Shown: positions 11,938-25,602 of the stretch, piece by piece | How the letters are laid out: each line of letters opens with the position of its first letter | Numbering within the stretch: position 1 is the first letter of the stretch | Source: Phaeosaccion multiseriatum | Lineage: Eukaryota; Protista; Ochrophyta, other classes | NCBI GenBank assembly: GCA_965112735.1 | Contig: OZ218963.1 | Span: 558,001 to 622,000 of the forward strand | Length of the DNA: 64,000 nucleotides | Direction of reading: 5' to 3' | Program-made: the position numbers and the translations under genes | The notes under the pieces: generated by a model | The model's database searches: none | What the model saw: only the letters and a program-made list of their open reading frames with translations | Told to the model about the DNA's origin: nothing

Positions 11938-14900
11938 ATGGACGAGCTGCTGGAGAAGTGGAACAGCTTCTCCTATAAGGAGGACGGATCATCGCTGACC
12001 CCCGTTGCGGTCGCGGCGCAAGTGGTGGGCGTGTTGACCTTGGCATCCATTGCCCTCGGCCTCGTATCGTCCTTCTACAAGGTCTTCCTGAGGCCCGGCA
12101 AGAACCTGAGGAAGTATGGAGAGTGGGCGGTAGTCACTGGGGCAACAGGTAGGTCTAAAGTGAGATAAGAGCCCCATTTGTCCGGTCCTCAATCTCCATC
12201 TCCTCCCCCTCCTCCTCCTCCCCCTCCTCCTCCTCCGTCACTCCGTCACTCCTCATCGGTGTCCCCCTCCGGCCCTGCCTATCCTCTTCCCATCCGTCCG
12301 TCTATCAACCGCAGATGGCATTGGCAAGGCGTACAGCTTTGAGCTGGCCAAGAAGGGCCTGAACATCCTCCTCATCTCACGCACTGAGGCCAAACTTGCT
12401 GACGTCCAGAAAGAGATTACAACCAAGTACCCCAAAGTAAAGGTGAGTGTGAGTGGAGGGGGAATGGAAGACGGGGGGGGGGGGGGAGAGGAAGAGAGAG
12501 TGGGGGTGGGGGAGGAGAAGGAGAAGGGACGAGAGAGACGGAGAGGAACTATGTGTGTGTTGGCTCGACGTCCACGGACGGGTACCGGGATGGACGCCTT
12601 TCACCTCGGCTCTTCGTCGATCAGGAGCAGGATGGCTGAGCGACAAGGAAGAGGAGGAGGAGGAGGAGGAGGAGGAGGAGGAGGAGGAGGAGCGAGGAAC
12701 AGGAATGATAACACTCTCCTGTATGTTCGTCCACCCATGCCTGAGACCGCGGGACCGTGACTGTGTACCTGCCCCTCCCATGTCTGTTTGGTGGGCAAGT
12801 TGCCGCCTCTCACTGCACTCGCTCTCGCGTACGCCACTGCCGACATACGCTGCTAAACCTTGCGAGCCATCCGCTGCCATCCGTTTGTTGCCCCTCTTTG
12901 TTGGGTGTCTCTCTCTCTCTGTGCCCCCCCAAGGTGGACTACGTGGTGGTGGACTTTAGTAACTTCGATAAGGCAGCGCAGGTATATAGGTATCACAGAC
13001 GCAAAACAGGTCTATTATTATTGTTCCCTACCTCCGTTTCAAAGCATTCGCTCACTCTCGTCTCTCTCTCTCTCCCTCTCTCTCTTTTTCTTCCTCTCTC
13101 TTCTCTCTCCTCCGCCCCCCTCTCTCTCCTCTCTCCATCTCTCCTCCCCCTTCTCCGTCTCTCTCTCCCTCCCCTCTGACTTCTTCACCTCCTCTCTCTT
13201 CTTCTTCACACTCTGCCTCTCCTGCTAGCCCCTTTCATTTGTCCGTCTTCCCTTACTCACTCACTCACTCACTCACTTACTCACTCACTACCTACTCACT
13301 CACTCACTCACTCACTCACTAATTCACTCACTCACCCACTCACTCACTCACTCACCCACTCACTTACTCACTCTCTCACTCTCTCACCCACTCACTCACC
13401 CACTCACTCACTCACTCACCCACTCACTCACTCACTCACTCACTCACTCTCTCACTCTCTCACCCACTTCACTCACTCACCCACTCACTCACCCACTCAA
13501 CTCGCTCACTCACTCACTCACACACTCACTCACTCACCCACTCACTCACTCACTCACTCACTCACTCCCTCACTCACTCACTCACTCACTCACTCACTCA
13601 CCCACTCACTCACTCGCTCTCTCACTCACTCTCTCACTCACCCACTCACCCACTCACTCACTCGCTCTCTCACTCACTCTCTCACTCACTCACCCACTCA
13701 TTCACTCAACTCACTCACTCACTCACTCACTCTCTCACCCACCCCTTGACTTACTCCCTCAAGTCGTCCGTCCGGCCCTTTCCCTCTCCCTGTCCCCTCC
13801 CCTCCTCCTAGGCCAAGGTTTCGTCTGCCATTGGCAGTCTCGATGTCGGGGTGCTTGTCAACAATGTGGGCATGAGCTACCCACACCCCAAGTACGTAGC
13901 AGTACGTAAGGCAGTTGTATGGTGGATGTGGATATGTCGGTGGAGATGGGTGGATAGATAGATAGCTGGAGTTAGTAGATCAGATAGATGGATAGATCGA
14001 TGGAGAGATAGAGGGTTAGAGGGATAGATGAAAGATTGATAGGTAGAGGGATAAATAGATAGATCGATAGATAGATAGAGAGATAGAGGGATAGATAGAT
14101 GGACTAATAATAGATAAGATACATCGATAGATCGATAGACAGATAGATATATAGATACATAGGTAGACAGATAGATAGATAGAGATAGATAGATAGATAC
14201 GTAGATAGGTAGACAGACAGATACATAGATAGAAAGATAGATAGATACGTAGATAGGTAGACAGATAGATACATAGATAGAAAGATAGATAGATACGTAG
14301 ATAGGTAGACAGATAGATACATAGATAGAAAGATAGATAGATACGTAGATAGGTAGACAGATAGATACATAGATAGAAAGATAGATAGATACGTAGATAG
14401 GTAGACAGATAGATACATAGATAGAAAGAAAGATAGGGAGTGGAGCCCCGCGAATGGGAGAAGTATACGAAACTTGTCACGCTCCAGTGTGGACTCAAAG
14501 ACTCTCCAAGAATGTTATGTGATGTTATGTGTGCTCAAGGCCTCTCCAATTTATGTCCAAATTTATGTCCAAACCCTCTCCAACTATGTTCAAACCCCCC
14601 AATACTCAACCTCCTCCCCTCCCCCATCTCCCTCCCCTCCCCTCCCCTCTCCTCTCCTTCCCTCCCCTCCCCTCTCCTCTCCTTCGGAGCCCCGCGAATG
14701 GGAGAAGTATACGAAACTTGTCACGCTCCAGTGTGGACTCAAAGACTCTCCAAGAATGTTATGTGATGTTATGTGTGCTCAAGGCCTCTCCAATTTATGT
14801 CCAAATTTATGTCCAAACCCTCTCCAACTATGTTCAAACCCCCCAATACTCAACCTCCTCCCCTCCCCCATCTCCCTCCCCTCCCCTCCCCTCTCCTCTC

Positions 14901-15799
14901 CTTCCCTCCCCTCCCCTCCCCTCCCCTCCCCTCCCCTCCCCTCCTCCCCTCCCCTCCCCTCTCCTCCCCTTCCCTTCCCTCTCTGTATCACCAACTCATC
15001 TATGCAAAAAGGTACCTTTGGGAAGTGACGGAGGAGGAGTGGGAAGGACTCCTCGCTCTCAACGTGGACTCCACTGTAACCATGATCCGGCTCGCACTGC
15101 CTGCCATGAAGGATCGACGGAGGGGGTGCATCATCAACCTTGCCAGTGCGGCCGCTAGGAACCCCACCTCGCTACTCAGCGGCTACTCAGGGGCCAAGGT
15201 AGATGGTGGTGGACGGAGGAGGCGGAGGGAGAGGGGGAGGGGAGGGGAGGGGAGGGGAGGGGAGGGGTGGGTGGGAGGGCGGGAGGGAAGGAGGGTGGAG
15301 GAGGGAGGGATGGAGAAAGGGACGAAGGGTGGAGGAGAGAGGGAGGGAGGGAGGGAGGGAGGGGGCGAAGGGAGGAAAGGTGGTGTGGTGTTTTCCCCTG
15401 AAGCATGTACACTCTCGTCTATGAAAAAAAACATGCCTTGAGTGAGACCCCTTCATCCCTCCTGTCGCGTTGTTGTGGTCCTCTCTTTCTCTCTTCTCTC
15501 TGTCTCTCTCTCTCCCTGGCTCTCTCTGTGTCTCTCTCCCTCACTCTCACTCTCTCCCTCCCCCCCCCCCCTCCTCTCTATCCCTCCCTCGCCCCCCCCC
15601 CTCTCTCGCTCTTCTCTCTCTCTGTGCGTGTCTCCACTCCCCATCCACTGCCATCCACTGCCATCCCCAGGGCTTTGTCCTCAAACTGTCCGAGAGCATG
15701 CACTACGAGCTTGCTCCGTTCGGCATTCACGTGCAGGTGAGTGAGTCAAGCCAATTGTGACTGACTGTGTGACCAACAGCTTCAGCACACACTTCCTCC

Positions 15800-15830
<31 letters not shown>

Positions 15831-15874
15831 AACTACTACTACTACTACTACCACTACTACCACTACTACTACTG

Positions 15875-15915
<41 letters not shown>

Positions 15916-17033
15916 GCTCCACATTTATAGAGCATGCGTTGGAAGGGTGGTGTGGGTTGTGGATCTGACGGCGGAGAAGCGGAAAAGTAGTGGGGAGTAG
16001 AGAGAGGGAGGGAGAGGTTTGGAGGAGAATAAGTGTGTCGCAGTCGTACTGTTGCCAAACCACCCAACCACTCAATCGACGCGTCTACCTTTTCCCCTCC
16101 CTTACCATTTGTGTCAACCCAACCGCACCGCACCACCGAACCATCCAATCATCCAACCAAACGACTCCTCCCTCCCCTCCCCTCCCCTTCCCTCCCTTCC
16201 CCTCCCCTCCCCTCCCCTTCCCTCCCCTTCCCTCCCCTCCCCTCCTCTCCCCTCCCCTCCCCTCCCCTCCTCTCCTCTCCCCTCCCCTCCCCTCGCCTCC
16301 CCTCGCCTCCCCTCCCCCCCCCTCCCCTCCCCTCCCCTCCCTTCCCCCCCCCTCCCCTTCCCTTCCCCTCCCCTTCCCTCCCCCGTGCAGTGCCAAGTAC
16401 CGCTACTTGTGGCCACCAAGCTTGCCAAGATTCGACGTGCTTCGCTCACCGTTCCCTCCCCCTCCAACTACGCCAAATCGGCCATCCGGGCCATTGGCTA
16501 TGAGCCAACTGTGTGTCCGTACTGGAGCCACAGGATGCAAGCCTGGGCGATGGACACGCTGCCGTTTTACCTTGTCAACAAGGTCGGTGGGTCGGTGGGT
16601 TGGTTTGGTTGTTGTTCTTGGCTTTTTCCTTTCTTTTTTGCAATTGTGTGTGTGTGTGCGTGCGTGTGCGTGCATGTGTGTGGTTTCTGGTTGGTTTGTG
16701 GTTGTTTGTCGTGTTTTTTTTTGGGGTTGTTCTCTGTTGCCTATGTGTCCATCTTCAATCGCACCACTGCTGGGGGAAAAGTAGTCAAACCTGTCTCCAG
16801 TCTTTGCCGATTTTCTAAAAAGCATTGTCCTTGTTTGTTTAAAACGTTAGGATTACGTACTTTACGTAACTATACGTAGCCACTACGGTACAGACTACCT
16901 GAAGTGAAGTAACTGACATTTTATTGTCTCTCTCTCTCTCTCTCTGTGTGTGTATGTGTGTGTGCGTGTGTGTGTGCGTGTGCGTGCGTGTGTCTCCACT
17001 CCTTGCCTTTCCTTTCCTGTCCTTTATACACAT

Positions 17034-17111
<78 letters not shown>

Positions 17112-17211
17112 CACACACACACACACACAACACGCACTGCAGGTGGTGACTGGCATGCACACGGGTCTGCGCAAGAAGGCGCTGAAGAAGGCCCAGGCGA
17201 AGAGTGATTGA
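11938..17211 (+). CDS. HSD17B12: Very-long-chain 3-oxoacyl-CoA reductase (KCR / 17-beta-HSD12-like SDR)
   Basis: Exons 11938-12148, 12315-12442, 12934-12981, 13812-13891, 15012-15198, 15671-15736, 16391-16582, 17143-17211. N-terminal TM segment, [27 protein letters not shown], catalytic [18 protein letters not shown]. Confidence 0.93.
13255..13745. repeat. (ACTC)n imperfect tetranucleotide array in intron
   Basis: About 490 bp of cact/ctca repeats. Similar arrays at 10010-10455, 18335-18795, 54860-55026 and 56460-56668. Confidence 0.95.
13950..14430. repeat. (GATA)n array with a 48-bp higher-order unit
   Basis: The unit atacatagatagaaagatagatagatacgtagataggtagacagatag is repeated about 4 times from 14221. 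Confidence 0.9.
14442..14929. repeat. 244-bp direct tandem duplication inside a reductase intron
   Basis: ggagccccgcgaatgggagaagtatacg... starts at 14442 and again at 14686. The complex part looks identical in both copies. Confidence 0.92.
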
Positions 17212-17814
17212 GGGAAATACAAGCGCCATAGAAGAGAAAGGATTGAAGTCCATTTAATTTTAGTTATTAAAAAAAAAGTAATTAATTAGAATAATTTATA
17301 AGGGCGCTGTCGAGCTTCGAAGTCAGACGTACATCAAGAGTTTCAGAAAGAGGCACACTGGAAGGGAACCCTGCTACTATCTACAACTACACTGTAGGTT
17401 TGCAGCACATTCATTCATTCACGACGGGTGCCAATGCCAAGTGAAGGTTTCTGACCTGAGATGGACATTGAATCCACAGAGGCCCAGCGTTTCGCCTCCA
17501 CACCCGGGGAGGGAGGCAACAATACAACAAAATAAGATATATGTATATATATTTATATATATATATATATATTACCCCTTGGTGTTAAGGGGGATCTCGC
17601 TGGCATGGAACGCCCACCGGGGTGTAGTGTGCGGCTGTGCGGCTGTGGCAATTTGATTTGATTTTTTGTACTACATGTGTATTGTCTTGTGGCCGTGCGG
17701 CATGACGGTTACACGTGAGGTCACGGCGGGTCGCTCAATTACATGTCGACCTACTCGATATTTTATCCTCTTTTCAGATTGACTTGGTCTAAAGACTACA
17801 TACGCCAACGCGTG

Positions 17815-17900
17815 ATGTCGACGTTGGCATCGACATTGGAGGTCGACATTGGCATCGATATTGGGGGTCGACATTGTTATCGACATTGGAGGTCGGCGAT
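17815..17900. repeat. TCGA-containing ~12-bp minisatellite (tcgacattggNN)
   Basis: gtcgacgttggc atcgacattgga ggtcgacattggc atcgatattggg ggtcgacattgtt atcgacattgga, between two convergent genes. Confidence 0.8.
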
Positions 17901-18165
17901 GGCGCCGCTCCGGGGGAGATGCAAAGTCGATGTGTTCGATCATCTCACCCTTGCTTGCTTGTTGCTTGGTCCATTGGTTTCTTTCACACGTTGTTTTCGC
18001 TGGTGTGGTGTGCACTGGCCGGTGAGAAACGTCTATCGTGCTCAAGGCAAAAGTCTAGCATCGGTGAGGCGGCAGGCCCAATCAGCCAGGCCCAAACAGC
18101 CAGGCCCATTCCGGAGGCCTCTGATGAATGAGGAGGCCCAATTACGTGAAGGGGAGGAGGCCCAA

Positions 18166-18712
18166 TCAGGTGAAGGGGAAGGTCATGGAGGGGACAAAGT
18201 CGAGCTGCTGCAGGAGTGTCTCCGCCAGCACCCCCTCGTGTTCGTCCCCTCCCAGTGCTTCCATGAAACTCACTGCAATACCCCGAACCTTAAGGACCAA
18301 AGGACCAGGTCAGCGCCCAAAGGGAGAGAGAGGCGAGTGAGTGAGTGAGTGAGTGAGTGAGTAAGTGAGTGAGCGAGTGAGTGAGTGAGTGAGTGAGTGA
18401 GTGTCAGTGAGTGAGTGTCAGTGAGTGAGTGAGTGAGTGAGTGAGAGCGTGCGTGATTGAGTGAGTGAGTGCGTGCGTCGGTGACTGAGTGAGTGAGTGA
18501 AAGAGTGAGCTGAGTGCATGAGTGAGTGATTAAGTGACTGCGTGAGTGAGTGATTGAGTGAGTGAGTGAGTAAGTGAGTAAGTGAGTGAGTGAGTGAGTG
18601 AGTGAGTGCGTGCGTGGGTGACTGAGTGAGTGAGTGAAGGAGTGAGATGAGTGCATGAGTGAGTGATTGCATGACTGCGTGAGTGAGTGATTGAGTGAGT
18701 GAGTGCGTGCGA

Positions 18713-18750
<38 letters not shown>

Positions 18751-21700
18751 GTGCATGCGTGAGTGACTGAGTGACTGAGTGACAAAGTGAGTGAATGGGT
18801 GCGCTGCCCCTTTACCTGGTCAGCGCCCATGCTGCCCCCATAGAGCATGTCGTGGAGCCAGAAGATGTCCAGGGGGGAGATGCGGCCCGTTGTGAGGTCG
18901 GCGGGGAGGATGACCATCATTACTGCATACATGTATTGGTTGGTTGGTCGGTTGGTTGGTGGATGGATGAGGGGCAGGATAGAGAGGGGGAGAGAGGGGG
19001 GGGGAGGGAGCATAGGAGGAGAGAGAGATGGAAGGGGAGCAGGAGAAGGGAGGTACATGGAAGGAGGACAGGAGAAGAGGACAGAGAGAGCGATGAAGGA
19101 TGGCAGTGGATGGGTGAGTGGTGGTGCTCGCTCGCTCAACTCCCATCCCACTTTGTGTGTGTGTGTGTGTGTGTTAGTGTGTGTGTGTGTTAGTGTGTGC
19201 GTGTGTGTGTGTGTGTGTGTGCGTGTGTGTGTGTGTGTAGTGTGTGTCTGTGTGTGCTCAACTCACTCACTCACTTACTCACTCCCTCCCGTCTTCTCCT
19301 TCTCCTTCTCCCTTCCTCCATCCCTCCCTCTCTTCCTCCCTGACTTGTACTTACCCTGCATTTTCTCAGACAGTGAGGCACAAGGTGAGAAGAGCCACAG
19401 AGTGAGGGCGAAGTCCGCGAAGGTCAAGCAATCTGCTGCCATCTCCCACTCTTGCCACTGCTGCTCCAGCCTAGTGAGGGAGTGAGTCAGTGAGTGAGTG
19501 GGTGAGGGAGGGAGATCGAGTGGGTGAGTGAGTGAGTGAGTAAGTAAGTGAGTGAGTGAGTGAGTGAGTGAGTGAGTGAGTGAGCGTGTGAGTGGCTGAG
19601 TGAGTGAGTGAGTGAGTGGGTGAGTGAGTGAGTGAGTGAGTGAGTAGGGGGGGTTGTGCCTTTGTGATCGTGGGAATAATGTAGACAGATTAGAGAGGGA
19701 GAGAGAGAGAGAGAGAATAAGCGAGAGCGAGCCGGAACGAGCTAGAGAGGGAGATGGAGAGGGAGAGAGACAAAGGAAAGTGGGGAAGAGGGAAAGAGAT
19801 AACTGCCACTGCAGCTAACAGACATAACGGACAGTTAACAGACAGTTAACGGACAGATAACGGAAAGATACACGAGACGAGGGGATGATCGGGGCTCACG
19901 CTAGGCCCATGCACGCCCCCCATCCACTACCATCCACTGCCATCCACTACCATCCACTGCCATCCACTACCATTCACTACCATCCACTACCATCCACCAC
20001 CATCCACTACCGTCCACTACCGTCCACTACCATCCACTACCATCCACTGCCATCCACTACCATCCACTACCATCCAATACCATTCACTACCATCCACTAC
20101 CATCCACTACCGTCCACCACCATCCACTACCGTCCACTACCATCCACTGCCATCCACTACCATCCACTACCATCCACCCACCTTTCCCGCTCCACCTCGT
20201 GCTCCTCCTCCTGCTTCCTCCTGCTTGCTTGTAACGCCAACAGCTTCGCTTGCCTCTCGGCACGTGCAGCTGCGCGTGCCTGCTCCTTCTTCTCGCTCTT
20301 CTTCTCGCTCTTCTTTCGGCGGGAGGAGGAGGACGACGATGGTTCCTCCCCTTTCCTCCCTCCGCTCCTCCCTCTCCTCCCCCTCGCGGGCGTGCCTGCC
20401 CTAGCAGCAGAAGTCGCAGCATCGTCGCCAAGGCCCTCTCCTGTACCACCAACTGCTGCACCCTTGTCACCATCCCCATCAATCCGTCTGCCTCCCCTCC
20501 TCTTGTTGCCCGCCTGTCTGCCTCCCCTCCTCCTTGGGGAATCTGAATCTTCAGCCTCCTCCTCGCCCTCCTCCCTCGGGGATTCACTGACATGGTTTGA
20601 AACGGGGCTGCTTGTTTTGTGCACTTTTCTCTCCTTGCTGTCAGCCTCCTCTCGGGCCTTGCTCATCTCTTTTACTTCACTTCCACTGCCATCTCCTGAT
20701 GCTTGTTTCCCTCCGGCCTTGCGCCCCTGTCCCTCCACCCCCCCCTCCTTCTTCCCTGTACCCCCTTTTTGCTCGGTCGTGCCTCTGTCGGGAGATGGTT
20801 CCCCGGGGGTTGCTCCCTCCACTACCCCCTCCTCCTCCTCCTCCTCCTCCTCGGTGTTCTTCTCCTTCATCTTCTTCTCTTTCCGTAGATGCTCAGCCCC
20901 CTTCCCCTTGGGCTTTCTCCTCTCCCCTCTCTGCTTCTTTCTCCCTCTCCTCTCCGCCTTGCCCTCCTCCCCCTCCTCCGCCTCCTCCTCCTCCTCCTCC
21001 TCCTCCTCATCCTCCTCCTTCTCCTCCTCCTCCTCCTCCTGCTTCTCCTCGCCCCCATCCCTTCCTTCCTCCTCTTGCTTCCCCTCCTCCTTCTCCCCCC
21101 TCCCCTCCTCTTTCTTCCCCTCCTCCCCCTCCACCTTCGTCCTCCTTCTCCTCCTCTTCTTTCTCTCGTTAAGAAGCCGCCTGCGTTGGTTGTCTACGTC
21201 GTCGTTCCCCTTATCATGCCCTGAGGTATCACTTCCGACCCGTCCGTTTCGTGCGACTCCTCCTCCCTCGTTCCCCACAACCTTCTCTTCCTCCTCCTCC
21301 TGCTCCTCCTCATTCCCCTCCCTCTCCTCCTCCTCCTCCTCCTCCTCCTCCTCCTCCTCCTCCTCCTCCTCCTCCTCCCCCTTCTTCTTCGCCTTCTCCG
21401 CCTTCTTCTCTCCCCCCTCCTTCTCCTCCTCCTCCTCCTCCTCCTTATCCCCCTCCCTCTGTTGCTGCTGTACTACCAACTCCCCCCCCTCGCCCTCCTT
21501 GCCTGAGTCCTTGCCACGCCCTTCGCTGCCCCTCCTCTCCTCATCACCATCACTGTCGTCGTCGATCTCCTCAATGACTTTGTTATCGTCCTCGAGTGTT
21601 GTGCCGCTGGAGCCCCTCTTCTCCCGTCGCTTCAGTCGCATTTGATCCCCTCCCCCCTTCTCCCCCTCCTCCTGCTGCTCCTCCTCCTCCTCCTCCTCCT

Positions 21701-22018
21701 CCTCCTCCTCCTCCTCCTGCTGCTGCTGCTGCTCCTGCTGCTCCTCCTCCTCTTCCTCCTCGCTGTCCTCCCACTCCTCCTCCTCCTCATCATCATCATA
21801 AACCAGAGGAGGAGGGGGTTGCGACGGCTTGAGAAGCGGAGGAGCAAGAATTCGGACTAGGTAGGCCGGAAGGAGCGGACAGAGGACAAGCTCGGGCTGA
21901 CTCAAGAAGCTTTCTCTGCAGCACAAGAGCTCCGATCGGGTGCCATCCATACTGCCGCGCTCCTCTATCGCGATGTTGTTGTAGCGTTTCTCGAGTCGGC
22001 CGAGGGTTTTGCTAGTGA
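18166..22018 (-). CDS. Divergent calcineurin-B/CBL/CHP-like EF-hand protein with a large low-complexity insert; 5' exons unresolved (possibly up to ~23660)
   Basis: Phase-compatible exons 20182-22018, 19355-19470, 18816-18922, 18166-18288. They give TLGRLEKRY...ESFLSQPELVLCPLL, LTFADFALTLWLFSPCASLSEKMQ, TGRISPLDIFWLHDMLYGGSMGADQ and VRGIAVSFMEALGGD...SMTFPFT*, collinear with the calcineurin-B family pattern. Confidence 0.62.
19921..20176. repeat. Tandem array of the decamer CATCCACT(A/G)C (motif B unit)
   Basis: About 25 copies directly after the splice donor of the minus-strand gene. Confidence 0.93.
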
Positions 22019-22309
22019 CTGCGCGGGTGGGGGAGGGAGGGAAGAAAGGGAGGAAGGAAGGAAGGAAGGAAGGGAAGGAAGGGAGGAAGGAAGGAAGGGA
22101 GGGGAGGGGAGGGAGATAGGGAGGGGAGGGAGTGAGGGACGCAGTAGAGGCGAAGGGAAGGTGACGTAAAGTGAATTGGCCCGTCAAGTGCCATCTGGGG
22201 AGCTCCTCCCCCAAAAGGCGACGCAGCACTACAATGTAGCGCAAGGCTAAGTTAGTTCGGGTCTGGGGGTGACACCCTTCCACTGTTATACGATTCACAA
22301 AGACTGGGT

Positions 22310-22700
22310 GTCAGTTAGTCAGTCAGTCAGTCAGTCAGTCAGAGTGTCAGTCAGTCAGAGTGTCAGTCAGTCAGTCAGTCAGTTAGTCAGTCAGTCAGAG
22401 TGTCAGTCAGTTTGTCAGTCAGTTAGTCAGTCAGTCAGTCAGTTAGTCAGTCAGTCAGTCAGTCAGTCAGTCAGTCAGTCAGTCAGTCAGTCAGTCAGTT
22501 AGTCAGTCAGTTAGTCAATCAGTCAGTCAGTTAGTCGGTCAGTTAGTTGGTCAGTCAGTCAGAGCCTGATGTCAGTCAGTCGGTCAGGGCTTGGCGTCAT
22601 TCAGTACTTGGTGTCAGTCAGTCAGTACTTGGTGTCAGTCAGTCAGTCAGTACTTGGTGTCAGTCAGTAGTCAGTACTTGGTGTCAGTCAGTCAGTCAGG
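22310..22700. repeat. (CAGT)n array, read as (CTGA)n on the minus strand
   Basis: Directly visible. Confidence 0.92.
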
Positions 22701-23057
22701 GCTTGGCGTCATTCTGGTGTTTCCTCAAGTACCTAGAAGGACATCACAAGACAGACACACACGCGCGCGCACACACACGCACACGTACACAAATGCACAC
22801 ATGCACACACACGCGTACACACGCACACACGGGCGCGCACACACACACACACACGTACACACAAGCACACACACATGTGCATCCACGCACACACACACAC
22901 ACACGCACACATGCACACACACTAAAGACAGCCCCCCCCCCCCCCAACAAGCAAAGGTTCCCGCTCCAGGGGGTGTAGAGAGCATCACCTCCCTCTCATT
23001 CATTCCACAGCTTGGCTTGGCCCCGAGACATGCAAGTGGATGCCTACGTCTTGCGTC

Positions 23058-23520
23058 CTACCTACCTTCCTACCTGCCTACTTACCTACCCACCTACGTA
23101 CCTACCTACCTTCCCGCCTACCTACCTACCACCTCCCTTCCTACCTACCTACCTACCTACCTACCTACCTACCTACCTACCTGCCTACTTACCTACCCAC
23201 CTACGTACCTACCTACCTTCCCGCCCACCTACCTACCACCTCCCTTCCTACCTACCTACCTACCTACCACCTTCCTTCCTACCTACCTACCTACCCACCT
23301 GCCTGCCTACCTGCCTACCTACCTACCTACCTACCTCCTTCCTACCCTCCCACCCGCCTACCTGCCTACCTACCTGCCTACCTACCTGCCTACCTACCTG
23401 CCTACCTATCTACCTACCTACCTACCTACCTGCCTGCCTAGCCACCTGCCTACCTCGCTACCCACCTACCTACCTCCCTCCCTCCTTCCTCCCTCCCTTC
23501 CTACCTACCTACCTACCTAC
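23058..23520. repeat. (CCTA)n array
   Basis: Directly visible. Confidence 0.92.
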
Positions 23521-24475
23521 CAACCCCCTCAGCAGCCCGTTCACTTCCTCCCTCTCTCCCTGTCTCTCTCCCTGTCTTACAGCAAGTCACTCACATCTGC
23601 ACTGGCGGGGTGCTTGGCGGTGGGCTCTCCGTCGAGGGCTTTGAAGGCTTTCCTTCACCATTGTCCCCAACAACAGTAAGAGTAGTCCGGAGAAAAACAC
23701 CACAGATAAGAGAGAGAGAGAGGAGAGTGCAACAACACGACTACCTATGGACTTATCTTATCCCCTTCCCTTCATTTGCCTGCCTGCGAAAGGGAAGTGG
23801 GGAAGGGGGTTGGAGGAGGGAGGGAAGGGGAGGAAGGGACAGGGGCCCAAGGAGATGGGATAGATATTAGGTAAGAGACATTTGCCACACATAAGCACAC
23901 CGAGAGATGAGACAGAGACACAGAGGGAGGGAGGAGAGAGAGTGGGAGGGATCGACAGAGGGAGAGGTTAAGAGGAAGGAGAGAGAGGCGAGAAAAAAAA
24001 GCTAAAACAAACAAAATACAGCAAAGAAGCTCATGACAAAAGGAAAGCTCCTCTGGTAGAGAGAGAGTCTTGATAGAGGAGAAAGAGAGAGAGAGGCAGA
24101 GCGAGAGAGAGAGAGATAGAGAGTGTGTGAGAGAGAGAGCGCGCGCGAGACAGCGAGACAGAGCAGAGAGCGAGAGAGAGAAGAGAGAGCTGATGGAAGA
24201 AATGAAGAGAAAAGACAACGCAGAAAGGGGAACGAGAGAGGAAAGAAGAGAAAAACGAAAGAGGAGGGTGCTGACACACGTACAGTTCGCACTCGCGCTC
24301 CTGCATCTAATAAAGTACATGTATCACTTCGAAAAGGAACCAAGTGAAAAAAAGAGAAAAAAAAACAAAAAAACTACGTAAGTACTTACGCCGAACCGTT
24401 GCAAACCCTTCCCTCCCCCCCTTCCCCCCTCCCTTTTTCTCTCTGCCAGATCAGATCTCTCTTTAGAGAGCGGCC

Positions 24476-25279
24476 ATGGCTTCGAGAGCGAACTTCTCGC
24501 AAGTAGGAGGGGGAGGAGGAGGAGGAGGAGGAGGAGGAGGGGTTGGGGTGGCAGCCTTGGGAGGAGGCCCACAGCAGCCATCGCAACAGTCTTCCTCCAA
24601 TAACCAGCAACGCAGCCGAATGCTTGGCGGAGCTGATGGGCGGTCTCGAGGTGTGGGCGGCATGAGCAGGCCGAACAACGTCAGTACGTTTGCATCGGGC
24701 ATGCACGGCGGGGGGGGCGGGTCCGTGAAAGTGTTCCTGAATGGAGTAAATGTCACGCCCCAGAGGCTGATGAAGCTGAGCGGGGAAGGTGGAGGAGCAG
24801 CAGGGGGATCAGGAGGGGGGTCCGCGACAGCATCGGCAGGAGGAACAGGCGGGCTGCCACCTAGTCTGGGCGGCGTGGGCATGCAGGGAAAGACCACAAG
24901 GTCCTCTTTTCAGAGGGGAGGTGCTGGCACGGCAGCTGGCGGGACAAACAAAGAGGGGGCAGTCACCACAGCAGCAGCAGCAGCAAGCAAAAGCAGTAAG
25001 CCTGGAGGAGGAAGAGGAGGGGGGGGGAGAAGCGGCAAGCACAAAAAGGGGAGAAAGGACGGCGACAAGGAGGGGCTTGACCTCGACCGCCCCGTAACTG
25101 TGATTCTGTCCGAAACACCAACCCACATGCTTCTCGACGTGCGAGGCAGCGCTGTGAGCACAGATTTCAAGGACTTCGATCGGTTTCAGACGGAAAAAGC
25201 CGAGTACCTCAAGCACCTAGGGCTTCGAGAGGGGAGTGATAAGTTTGTGGAGAAGCATACCCAGGTGAGATGACATCGC

Positions 25280-25351
<72 letters not shown>

Positions 25352-25541
25352 TTATGTGTGTTGTGTGTGCGTGTGTTGTGTGCGTGAGTGTGAGGAATGC
25401 AAATGAGGGGGGGCTCCCAACACCCCCTCTAACAACCCCCCTTCTAACACCCCCCCCCTCTTACCACAACACACACACACACACACACTCACACACACTC
25501 ACACACACACACACACAACACACACACACACACACACACAC

Positions 25542-25602
<61 letters not shown>

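Noticed and set aside
19921-20176. CRISPR-like array
   Set aside because: Contiguous decamer repeats with no unique spacers, no cas genes and a eukaryotic context.
22160-23660. 5' exons and start codon of the EF-hand-like gene
   Set aside because: Several exon-like patches exist, but I could not join them in a consistent phase without stops.
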